From the human T2T-CHM13v2.0 reference genome, Homo sapiens, in assembly GCF_009914755.1 (NCBI RefSeq), contig NC_060933.1: a stretch of DNA of 64,000 nucleotides; one strand, given 5' to 3'. How positions within the stretch are numbered: the stretch's first letter is position 1; each line of letters starts with the position of its first letter. Positions 39,698-52,797 of this stretch are shown piece after piece. The position numbers and the translations under genes are program-made. The notes under the pieces were generated by a model. It made no database searches and was not told the origin of the DNA. It was given only the letters and a program-made list of their open reading frames with translations.

Positions 39698-42600
39698 GTG
39701 GATATTTTGATACCTTTGAGGATTTCGTTAGACACGGGATATCTTCATATAAAATCTAGACAGAAGCATTCTCAGAAACTTCTTTGTGCTGTATGTCCTC
39801 AATTAACAGAGTTGAACCTTTGTGTGGATACAGCATTTTGGAAACATTCCTTTAGTAGAATCTGCAAGTTGATATTTAGATAGCTAGGAAGATTTCCTTG
39901 GAAACGGGAATATCTTCATATAAAATCTAGACGGAAGCATTCTCAGAAAGTACTTTGTGATGTTTGCATTCAAGTCACAGAGTTGAGTATTCCCTTTTAT
40001 AGAGCAGGTTTGAAACACTCTTTCTGCACTACCTGGAAGTGGACATTTGGAGCGCTTTGAGGCCTATGTTGAAAAAGGAAATATCTTCCCATAAAAACTA
40101 GACAGAAGCATTCTCAGAAACTTGTTTGTGATGTGTGTATTCAACTAACAGAGATGAACCTTTCTTTTTACAGATCAGTTTTGAAACACTCTTTTTGTGG
40201 AATCTGAAAGTGGATATTTGGATAGCTTTGAGGATTTCGTTGGAAACGGGATTACATATAAAACCTAGAGAGAAGCATTCTCAGGAACTTCTTTGTGATG
40301 TTTGCATTCAAGTCACAGAACTGAACATTCCCTTTCATAGAGCAGGTTTGAAACACTCTTTCTGTAGTATCTGCAAGCTGACGTTTCAAGCGCTTTCAGG
40401 CCTATGGTGAGAAAGGAAATATCTTCAAGTAAAAACTAGACAGAAGCATTCTCAGAAACTTATTTGCGATGTGTGTTCTCAACTAACAGAGTTGAACCTT
40501 TGTTTTGATACGGCATTTTGGAAACACTCTTTTTGTGGAATCTGCAGGTGGATATTCGGATAGCTTTGAAGGTTTCGTTGGAAACGGGAATATCTTCATA
40601 TAAAATCTAGACGGAAGCATTCTCAAAAACTTCCTTGTGATGTGTGTACTCAAGTAACAGAGTTGAACCTTCCTTTTGACAGAGCAGTTTTGAAGCACTC
40701 TTTTTGTAGAATCTGCAAGTGGATATTTTGATACCTCTGAGGATTTCGTTGGAAACGGGATTACATATAAAACCTAGAGAGAAGCATTCTCAGGAACTTC
40801 TTTGTGATGTTGGCCTTCAAGTCACAGGACTGAACATTCCCTTTCATAGAGCAGGTTTGAAACACTCTTTCTGTAGTATCTGCAAGCTGACGTTTCAAGC
40901 GCTTTCAGGCCTATGGTGAGAAAGGAAATATCTTCAAGTAAAAACTAGACAGAAGCATTCTCAGAAACTTATTTGCCATGTGTGTTCTCAACTAACAGAG
41001 TTGAACCTTTGTTTTGATACGGCATTTTGGAAACACTCTTTTTGTAGAATCTGCAGGTGGATATTCGGATAGCTTTGAAGGTTTCGTTGGAAACGGGAAT
41101 ATCTTCATATAAAATCTAGACGGAAGCATTCTCAGAAACTGCTTTGTGATGTTTTCATTCAAGTCACAGAGTAGAATGTTCCCTGTTATATACCAGGTTT
41201 GAGACACTCTTTCTGCACTACCTGGAAGTGGACGTTTGGAGCGCTTTGAGGCCTATGTTGAAAAAGGAAATATCTTCCCATAAAAACTAGACAGAAGCAT
41301 TCTCAGAAACTTGTTTGTGATGTGTGTATTCAACTAACAGAGATGAACCTTTCTTTTTACAGAGCAGTTTTGAAACACTCTTTTTGTGGAATCTGAAAGT
41401 GGATATTTGGATAGCTTTGAGGATTTCGTTGGAAACGGGATTACATATAAAACCTAGAGAGAAGCATTCTCAGGAACTTCTTTGTGATGTTTGCATTCAC
41501 GTCACAGAACTGAACATTCCCTTTCATAGAGCATGTTTGAAACACTCTTTCTGTAGTATCTGCAAACGGACATTTCAAACGCTTTCAGGCCTATGGTGAG
41601 AAAGGAAATATCTTCAAATAAAAACTAGACAGAAGCATTCTCAGAAACTTATTTGCGATGTGTGTCCTCAACTAACAGAGTTGAACCTTTCTTTTGATAC
41701 AACATTTTGGAAACACTCTTTTTGTAGAATCTGCAAGTGGATATTTGAATAGCTTTGAAGGTTTCGTTGGAAACGGGAATATCTTCATATAAAATCAAGA
41801 CAGAAGCATTCTCAGAAACTTCTCTGTGATGTTTGCATTCAACTCATAGAGTTGAACACTTCCCTTCATAGAGCAGGTTTGAAACACTCTTTTTGTAATA
41901 TTTGGAAGTGGACATTTGCAGCGCTTTGAGGCCTATGTTGAAAAAGGAAATATCTTCTCCTAAAAACCAGACAGAAGCATTCTCAGAAACTTCCTTGTGA
42001 TGTGTGTACTCAAGTAACAGAGTTGAACCTTCCTTTTTACAGAGCAGTTTTGAAACACTCTTTTTGTGGAATCTGAAAGTGGATATTTGGATAGCTTTGC
42101 GGATTTCGTTGGAAACGGGATTACATATAAAATCTAGGGAGAAGCATTCTCAGGAACTTCTTTGTGATGTTTGCATTCAAGTCACAGAACTGAACATTCC
42201 CTTTCATAGAGCAGGTTTGAAACACTCTTTCTGTAGTATCTGCAAGCGGACGTTTTAAGCGCTTTCAGGCCTGTGGTGAGAAAGGAAATATCTTCAAATA
42301 AAAACTAGACAGAAGCATTCTCAGAAACTTGTTTGCGATGTGTGTCCTCAACTAACAGAGTTGAACCTTTCTTTTGATACAACATTTTGGAAACACTCTT
42401 TTTGTAGAATCTGCAAGTGGATATTTGGATAGCTTTGAAGGTTTCGTTGGAAACGGGAATATCTTCATATGAAATCAAGACAGAAGCATTCTCAGAAACT
42501 TCTCTGTGATATTTGCATTCAACTCATAGAGTTGAACACTTCCCTTCATACAGCAGGTTTGAAACACTCTTTTTCTAATATTTGGAAGTGGACATTTGCA

Positions 42601-42758
42601 GCGCTTTGAGGCCTATGTTGAAAAAGGAAATATCTTCTCCTAAAAACCAGACAGAAGCATTCTCAGAAACTTCCTTGTGATGTGTGTACTCAAGTAACAG
42701 AGTTGAACCTTCCTTTTGACAGAGCAGTTTTGAAGCACTCTTTTTGTAGAATCTGCAA
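39698..42758 (+). repeat. Aberrant 18-mer HOR unit (3061 bp) containing hybrid monomers
   Basis: 3061 = 3232 - 171. One A-type monomer is missing at about 40620, and hybrid monomers lie at about 40620-40790 and 41950-42040. Confidence 0.88.
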
Positions 42759-45700
42759 GTGGATATTTTGATACCTTTGAGGATTTCGTTGGACACGGGA
42801 TATCTTCACATAAAATCTAGACAGAAGCATTCTCAGAAACTTCTTTGTGCTGTATGTCCTCAATTAACAGAGTTGAACCTTTGTGTGGATACAGCATTTT
42901 GGAAACATTCCTTTAGTAGAATCTGCAAGTTGATATTTAGATAGCTAGGAAGATTTCCTTGGAAACGGGAATATCTTCATATAAAATCTAGACGGAAGCA
43001 TTCTCAGAAAGTGCTTTGTGATGTTTGCATTCAAGTCACAGAGTTGAATATTCCCTTTTATAGAGCAGGTTTGAAACACTCTTTCTGCACTACCTGGAAG
43101 TGGACATTTGGAGCGCTTTGAGGCCTATGTTGAAAAAGGAAATATCTTCCCATAAAAACTAGACAGAAGCATTCTCAGAAACTTGTTTGTGATGTGTGTA
43201 TTCAACTAACAGAGATGAACCTTTCTTTTTACAGAGCAGTTTTGAAACACTGTTTTTGTGGAATCTGAAAGTGGATATTTGGATAGCTTTGAGGATTTCG
43301 TTGGAAACGGGATTACATATAAAACCTAGAGAGAAGCATTCTCAGGAACTCCTTTGTGATGTTTGCCTTCAAGTCACAGGACTGAACATTCCCTTTCATA
43401 GAGCAGGTTTGAAACACTCTTTCTGTAGTATCTGCAAGCTGACGTTTCAAGCGCTTTCACGCCTATGGTGAGAAAGGAAATATCTTCAAGTAAAAACTAG
43501 ACAGAAGCATTCTCAGAAACTTATTTGCCATGTGTGTTCTCAACTAACAGAGTTGAACCTTTGTTTTGATACGGCATTTTGGAAACACTCTTTTTGTAGA
43601 ATCTGCAGGTGGATATACGGATAGCTTTGAAGGTTTCGTTGGAAACGGGAATATCTTCATATAAAGTCTAGACGGAAGCATTCTCAGAAACTGCTTTGTG
43701 ATGTTTTCATTCAAGTCACAGAGTAGAATGTTCGCTGTTATATACCAGGTTTGAGACACTCTTTCTGCACTACCTGGAAGTGGACGTTTGGAGCGCTTTG
43801 AGCCCTATGTTGAAAAAGGAAATATCTTCCCATAAAAACTAGACAGAAGCATTCTCAGAAACTTGTTTGTGATGTGTGTATTCAACTAACAGAGATGAAC
43901 CTTTCTTTTTACAGAGCAGTTTTGAAACACTCTTTTTGTGGAATCTGAAAGTGGATATTTGGATAGCTTTGAGGATTTCGTTGGAAACGGGATTACATAT
44001 AAAATCTAGAGAGAAGCATTCTCAGGAACTTCTTTGTGATGTTTGCATTCAAGTCACAGAACTGAACATTCCCTTTCATAGAGCATGTTTGAAACACTCT
44101 TTCTGTAGTATCTGCAAACGGACATTTCAAACGCTTTCAGGCCTATGGTGAGAAAGGAAATATCTTCAAATAAAAACTAGACAGAAGCATTCTCAGAAAC
44201 TTATTTGCGATGTGTGTCCTCAACTAACAGAGTTGAACCTTTCTTTTGATACAACATTTTGGAAACACTCTTTTTGTAGAATCTGCAAGTGGATATTTGG
44301 ATAGCTTTGAAGGTTTTGTTGGAAACGGGAATATCTTCATATAAAATGAAGACAGAAGCCTTCTCAGAAACTTCTCTGTGATGTTTGCATTCAACTCATA
44401 GAGTTGAACTCTTCCCTTCATACAGCAGGTTTGAAACACTCTTTTTGTAATATTTGGAAGTGGACATTTGCAGCGCTTTGAGGCCTAAGATGAAAAAGGT
44501 AATATCTTCCCATAAAAACTAGACAGAAGCATTCTCAGAAACTTGTTTGTGATGTGTGTATTCAACTAACAGAGATGAACCTTTCTTTTTACAGAGCAGT
44601 TTTGAAACACTCTTTTTGTGGAATCTGAAAGTGGATATTTGGATAGCTTTGCGGATTTCGTTGGAAACGGGATTACATATAAAATCTAGGGAGAAGCATT
44701 CTCAGGAACTTCTTTGTGATGTTTGCATTCAAGTCACAGAACTGAACATTCCCTTTCATAGAGCAGGTTTGAAACACTCTTTCTGTAGTATCTGCAAGCG
44801 GACGTTTTAAGCGCTTTCAGGCCTGTGGTGAGAAAGGAAATATCTTCAAATAAAAACTAGACAGAAGCATTCTCAGAAACTTATTTGCGATGTGTGTCCT
44901 CAACTAACAGAGTTGAACCTTTCTTTTGATACAACATTTTGGAAACACTCTTTTTGTAGAATCTGCAAGTGGATATTTGAATAGCTTTGAAGGTTTCGTT
45001 GGAAACGGGAATATCTTCATATGAAATCAAGACAGAAGCATTCTCAGAAACTTCTCTGTGATGTTTGCATTCAACTCATAGAGTTGAACACTTCCCTTCA
45101 TACAGCAGGTTTGAAACACTCTTTTTCTAATATTTGGAAGTGGACATTTGCAGCGCTTTGAGGCTTATGTTGAAAAAGGAAATATCTTCTCCTAAAAACC
45201 AGACAGAAGCATTCTCAGAAACTTCCTTGTGATGTGTGTACTCAAGTAACAGAGTTGAAACTTCCTTTTGACAGAGCAGTTTTGAAGCACTCTTTTTGTA
45301 GAATCTGCAAGTGGATATTTTGATACCTTTGAGGATTTCGTTGGACACGGGATATCTTCATATAAAATCTAGACAGAAGCATTCTCAGAAACTTCTTTGT
45401 GCTGTTTGTCCTCAATTAACAGAGTTGAACCTTTGTGTGGATACAGCATTTTGGAAACATTCCTTTAGTAGAATCTGCAAGTTGATATTTAGATAGCTAG
45501 GAAGATTTCCTTGGAAACGGGAATATCTTCATATAAAATCTAGACGGAAGCATTCTCAGAAAGTGCTTTGTGATGTTTGCATTCAAGTCACAGAGTTGAA
45601 TATTCCCTTTTATAGAGCAGGTTTGAAACACTCTTTCTGCACTACCTGGAAGTGGACCTTTGGAGCGCTTTGAGGCCTATGTTGAAAAAGGAAATATCTT

Positions 45701-48700
45701 CCCATAAAAACTAGACAGAAGCATTCTCAGAAACTTGTTTGTGATGTGTGTATTCAACTAACAGAGATGAACCTTTCTTTTTACAGAGCAGTTTTGAAAC
45801 ACTCTTTTTGTGGAATCTGAAAGTGGATATTTGGATAGCTTTGAGGATTTCGTTGGAAACGGGATTACATATAAAACCTAGAGAGAAGCATTCTCAGGAA
45901 CTTCTTTGTGATGTTTGCATTCAAGTCACAGAACTGAACATTCCCTTTCATAGAGCAGGTTTGAAACACTCTTTCTGTAGTATCTGCAAGCTGACGTTTC
46001 AAGCGCTTTCAGGCCTATGGTGAGAAAGGAAATATCTTCAAGTAAAAACTAGACAGAAGCATTCTCAGAAACTTATTTGCCATGTGTGTTCTCAACTAAC
46101 AAAGTTGAACCTTTATTTTGATACGGCATTTTGGAAACACTCTTTTTGTAGAATCTGCAGGTGGATATTCGGATAGCTTTGAAGGTTTCGTTGGAAACGG
46201 GAATATCTTCATATAAAATCTAGACGGAAGCATTCTCAGAAACTGCTTTGTGATGTTTTCATTCAAGTCACAGAGTAGAATGTTCCCTGTTATATACCAG
46301 GTTTGAGACACTCTTTCTGCACTACCTGGAAGTGGACGTTTGGAGCGCTTTGAGGCCTATGTTGAAAAAGGAAATATCTTCCCATAAAAACTAGACAGAA
46401 GCATTCTCAGAAACTTGTTTGTGATGTGTGTATTCAACTAACAGAGATGAACCTTTCTTTTTACAGAGCAGTTTTGAAACACTCTTTTTGTGGAATCAGA
46501 AAGTGGATATTTGGATAGCTTTGAGGATTTCGTTGGAAACGGGATTACATATAAAACCTAGAGAGAAGCATTCTCAGGAACTGCTTTGTGATGTTTGCAT
46601 TCAAGTCACAGAACTGAACATTCCCTTTCATAGAGCAGGTTTGAAACACTCTTTCTGTAGTATCTGCAAGCTGACGTTTCAAGCGCTTTCAGGCCTATGG
46701 TGAGAAAGGAAATATCTTCAAGTAAAAACTAGACAGAAGCATTCTCAGAAACTTATTTGCGATGTGTGTTCTCAACTAACAGAGTTGAACCTTTGTTTTG
46801 ATGTGGCATTTTGGAAACACTCTTTTTGTAGAATCTGCAGGTGGATATTCGGATAGCTTTGAAGGTTTCGTTGGAAACGGGAATATCTTCATATAAAATC
46901 TAGACGGAAGCATTCTCAGAAACTGCTTTGTGATGTTTTCATTCAAGTCACAGAGTAGAATGTTCCCTGTTATATACCAGGTTTGAGACACTCTTTCTGC
47001 ACTACCTGGAAGTGGACATTTGCAGCGCTTTGAGGCCTATGATGAAAAAGGAAATATCTTCCCATAAAAACTAGACAGAAGCATTCTCAGAAACTTGTTT
47101 GTGATGTGTGTATTCAACTAACAGAGATGAACCTTTCTTTTTACAGAGCAGTTTTGAAACACTCTTTTTGTGGAATCTGAAAGTGGATATTTGGATAGCT
47201 TTGAGGATTTCGTTGGAAACGGGATTACATATAAAATCTAGAGAGAAGCATTCTCAGGAACTTCTTTGTGATGTTTGCATTCACGTCACAGAACTGAACA
47301 TTCCCTTTCATAGAGCATGTTTGAAACACTCTTTCTGTAGTATCTGCAAACGGACATTTCAAACGCTTTCAGGCCTATGGTGAGAAAGGAAATATCTTCA
47401 AATAAAAACTAGACAGAAGCATTCTCAGAAACTTATTTGCGATGTGTGTCCTCAACTAACAGAGTTGAACCTTTCTTTTGATACAACATTTTGGAAACAC
47501 TCTTTTTGTAGAATCTGCAAGTGGATATTTGGATAGCTTTGAAGGTTTCGTTGGAAACGGGAATATCTTCATATAAAATCAAGACAGAAGCATTCTCAGA
47601 AACTTCTCTGTGATGTTTGCATTCAACTCATAGAGTTGAACACTTCCCTTCATACAGCAGGTTTGAAACACTCTTTTTGTAATATTTGGAAGTGGACATT
47701 TGCAGCGCTTTGAGGCCTATGTTGAAAAAGGAAATATCTTCTCCTAAAAACCAGACAGAAGCATTCTCAGAAACTTCCTTGTGATGTGTGTACTCAAGTA
47801 ACAGAGTTGAACCTTCCTTTTTACAGAGCAGTTTTGAAACACTCTTTTTGTGGAATCTGAAAGTGGATATTTGGATAGCTTTGCGGATTTCGTTGGACAC
47901 GGGATATCTTCATATAAAATCTAGACAGAAGCATTCTCAGAAACTTCTTTGTGCTGTATGTCCTCAATTAACAGAGTTGAACCTTTGTGTGGATACAGCA
48001 TTTTGGAAACATTCCTTTAGTAGAATCTGCAAGTTGATATTTAGATAGCTAGGAAGATTTCCTTGGAAACGGGAATATCTTCATATAAAATCTAGACGGA
48101 AGCATTCTCAGAAAGTGCTTTGTGATGTTTGCATTCAAGTCACAGAGTTGAATATTCCCTTTTATAGAGCAGGTTTGAAACACTCTTTCTGCACTACCTG
48201 GAAGTGGACATTTGGAGCGCTTTGAGGCCTATGTTGAAAAAGGAAATATCTTCCCATAAAAACTAGACAGAAGCATTCTCAGAAACTTGTTTGTGATGTG
48301 TGTATTCAACTAACAGAGATGAACCTTTCTTTTTACAGAGCAGTTTTGAAACACTCTTTTTGTGGAATCTGAAAGTGGATATTTGGATAGCTTTGAGGAT
48401 TTCGTTGGAAACGGGATTACATATAAAATCTAGGGAGAAGCATTCTCAGGAACTTCTTTGTGATGTTTGCATTCAAGTCACAGAACTGAACATTCCCTTT
48501 CATAGAGCAGGTTTGAAACACTCTTTCTGTAGTATCTGCAAGTGGACGTTTCAAGCGCTTTCAGGCCTGTGGTGAAAAAGGAAATATCTTCAAATAAAAA
48601 CTAGACAGAAGCATTCTCAGAAACTTATTTGCGATGTGTGTTCTCAGCTAACAGAGTTGAACCTTTGTTTTGATACAGCATTTTGGAAACACTCTTTTTG

Positions 48701-51700
48701 TAGGATCTGCAGGTGGATATTTGGATAGCTTTGAAGGTTTCTTTGGAAACGGGAATATCTTCATATAAAATCAAGACAGAAGCATTCTCAGAAACTTCTC
48801 TGTGATGTTTGCATTCAACTCATAGAGTTGAACACTTCCTTTCATAGAGCTGGTTTGAAATACTCTTTTTGTAATATTTGGAAGTGGACATTGGCAGCGC
48901 TTTGAAGCCTATGGTGAAAAAGGAGATATCTTCTCCTAAAAACCAGACAGAAGCATTCTCAGAATCTTTCTTGTGATGTGTGTACTCAAGTAACAGAGGT
49001 GAACCTTCATTTTGACAGAGCAGTTTTGAAGCACTCTTTTTGTAGAATCTGCAAGTGGATATTTTGATACCTTTGAGGATTTCGTTAGACACGGGATATC
49101 TTCATATAAAATCTAGACAGAAGCATTCTCAGAAACTTCTTTGTGCTGTATGTCCTCAATTAACAGAGTTGAACCTTTGTGTGGATACAGCATTTTGGAA
49201 ACATTCCTTTAGTAGAATCTGCAAGTTGATATTTAGATAGCTAGGAAGATTTCCTTGGAAACGGGAATATCTTCATATAAAATCTAGACGGAAGCATTCT
49301 CAGAAAGTGCTTTGTGATGTTTGCATTCAAGTCACAGAGTTGAATATTCCCTTTTATAGAGCAGGTTTGAAACACTCTTTCTGCACTATCTGGAAGTGGA
49401 CATTTGGAGCGCTTTGAGGCCTATGTTGAAAAAGGAAATATCTTCCCATAAAAACTAGACAGAAGCATTCTCAGAAACTTGTTTGTGATGTGTGTATTCA
49501 ACTAACAGAGATGAACCTTTCTTTTTACAGAGCAGTTTTGAAACACTCTTTTTGTGGAATCTGAAAGTGGATATTTGGATAGCTTTGAGGATTTCGTTGG
49601 AAACGGGATTACATATAAAACCTAGAGAGAAGCATTCTCAGGAACTTCTTTGTGATGTTTGCATTCAAGTCACAGAACTGAACATTCCCTTTCATAGAGC
49701 AGGTTTGAAACACTCTTTCTGTAGTATCTGCAAGCTGACGTTTCAAGCGCTTTCAGGCCTATGGTGAGAAAGGAAATATCTTCAAGCAAAAACTAGACAG
49801 AAGCATTCTCAGAAACTTATTTGCCATGTGTGTTCTCAACTAACAGAGTTGAACCTTTGTTTTGATACGGCATTTTGGAAACACTCTTTTTGTAGAATCT
49901 GCAGGTGGATATTCGGATAGCTTTGAAGGTTTCGTTGGAAACGGGAATATCTTCATATAAAATCTAGACGGAAGCATTCTCAGAAACTGCTTTGTGATGT
50001 TTTCATTCAAGTCACAGAGTAGAATGTTCCCTGTTATATACCAGGTTTGAGACACTCTTTCTGCACTACCTGGAAGTGGACATTTGGAGCGCTTTGAGGC
50101 CCATGATGAAAAAGGAAATATCTTCCCATAAAAACTAGACAGAAGCATTCTCAGAAACTTGTTTGTGATGTGTGTATTCAACTAACAGAGATGAACCTTT
50201 CTTTTTACAGAGCAGTTTTGAAACACTCTTTTTGTGGAATCTGGAAGTGGATATTTGGATAGCTTTGAGGATTTCGTTGGAAACGGGATTACATATAAAA
50301 TCTAGAGAGAAGCATTCTCAGGAACTTCTTTGTGATGTTTGCATTCAAGTCACAGAACTGAACATTCCCTTTCATAGAGCAGGTTTGAAACACTCTTTCT
50401 GTAGTATCTGCAAGCGGACGTTTTAAGCGCTTTCAGGCCTGTGGTGAGAAAGGAAATATCTTCAAATAAAAACTAGACAGAAGCATTCTCAGAAACTTAT
50501 TTGCGATGTGTGTCCTCAACTAACAGAGTTGAACCTTTCTTTTGATACAACATTTTGGAAACACTCTTTTTGTAGAATCTGCAAGTGGATATTTGGATAG
50601 CTTTGAAGGTTTCGTTGGAAACGGGAATATCTTCATATGAAATCAAGACAGAAGCATTCTCAGAAACTTCTCTGTGATGTTTGCATTCAACTCATAGAGT
50701 TGAACACTTCCCTTCATACAGCAGGTTTGAAACACTCTTTTTCTAATATTTGGAAGTGGACATTTGCAGCGCTTTGAGGCCTATGTTGAAAAAGGAAATA
50801 TCTTCTCCTAAAAACCAGACAGAAGCATTCTCAGAAACTTCATTGTGATGTGTGTACTCAAGTAACAGAGTTGAACCTTCCTTTTGACAGAGCAGTTTTG
50901 AAGCACTCTTTTTGTAGAATCTGCAAGTGGATATTTTGATACCTTTGAGGATTTCGTTGGACACGGGATATCTTCAAATAAAATCTAGACAGAAGCATTC
51001 TCAGAAACTTCTTTGTGCTGTATGTCCTCAATTAACAGAGTTGAACCTTTGTGTGGATACAGCATTTTGGAAACATTCCTTTAGTAGAATCTGCAAGTTG
51101 ATATTTAGATAGCTAGGAAGATTTCCTTGGAAACGGGAATATCTTCATATAAAATCTAGACGGAAGCATTCTCAGAAAGTGCTTTGTGATGTTTGCATTC
51201 AAGTCACAGAGTTGAATATTCCCTTTTATAGAGCAGGTTTGAAACACTCTTTCTGCACTACCTGGAAGTGGACATTTGGAGCGCTTTGAGGCCTATGTTG
51301 AAAAAGGAAATATCTTCCCATAAAAACTAGACAGAAGCATTCTCAGAAACTTGTTTGTGATGTGTGTATTCAACTAACAGAGATGAACCTTTCTTTTTAC
51401 AGAGCAGTTTTGAAACACTCTTTTTGTGGAATCTGAAAGTGGATATTTGGATAGCTTTGAGGATTTCGTTGGAAACGGGATTACATATAAAACCTAGAGA
51501 GAAGCATTCTCAGGAACTTCTTTGTGATGTTTGCCTTCAAGTCACAGGACTGAACATTCCCTTTCATAGAGCAGGTTTGAAACACTCTTTCTGTAGTATC
51601 TGCAAGCTGACGTTTCAAGCGCTTTCAGGCCTATGGTGAGAAAGGAAATATCTTCAAGTAAAAACTAGACAGAAGCATTCTCAGAAACTTATTTGCCATG

Positions 51701-52797
51701 TGTGTTCTCAACTAACAAAGTTGAACCTTTGTTTTGATACGGCATTTTGGAAACACTCTTTTTGTAGAATCTGCAGGTGGATATTCGGATAGCTTTGAAG
51801 GTTTCGTTGGAAACGGGAATATCTTCATATAAAATCTAGACGGAAGCATTCTCAGAAACTGCTTTGTGATGTTTTCATTCAAGTCACAGAGTAGAATGTT
51901 CCCTGTTATATACCAGGTTTGAGACACTCTTTCTGCACTACCTGGAAGTGGACATTTGGAGCGCTTTGAGGCCTATGTTGAAAAAGGAAATATCTTCCCA
52001 TAAAAACTAGACAGAAGCATTCTCAGAAACTTGTTTGTGATGTGTGTATTCAACTAACAGAGATGAACCTTTTTTTTACAGAGCAGTTTTGAAACACTCT
52101 TTTTGTGGAATCTGAAAGTGGATATTTGGATAGCTTTGAGGATTTCGTTGGAAACGGGATTACATATAAAATCTAGGGAGAAGCATTCTCAGGAACTTCT
52201 TTGTGATGTTTGCATTCAAGTCACAGAACTGAACATTCCCTTTCATAGAGCAGGTTTGAAACACTCTTTCTGTAGTATCTGCAAGTGGACGTTTCAAGCG
52301 CTTTCAGGCCTGTGGTGAAAAAGGAAATATCTTCAAATAAAAACTAGACAGAAGCATTCTCAGAAACTTATTTGCGATGTGTGTTCTCAGCTAACAGAGT
52401 TGAACCTTTGTTTTGATACAGCATTTTGGAAACACTCTTTTTGTAGGATCTGCAGGTGGATATTTGGATAGCTTTGAAGGTTTCTTTGGAAACGGGAATA
52501 TCTTCATATAAAATCAAGACAGAAGCATTCTCAGAAACTTGTCTGTGATGTTTGCATTCAACTCATAGAGTTGAACCCTTCCTTTCATAGAGCTGGTTTG
52601 AAATACTCTTTTTGTAATATTTGGAAGTGGACATTGGCAGCGCTTTGAAGCCTATGGTGAAAAAGGAGATATCTTCTCCTAAAAACCAGACAGAAGCATT
52701 CTCAGAATCTTTCTTGTGATGTGTGTACTCAAGTAACAGAGGTGAACCTTCATTTTGACAGAGCAGTTTTGAAGCACTCTTTTTGTAGAATCTGCAA

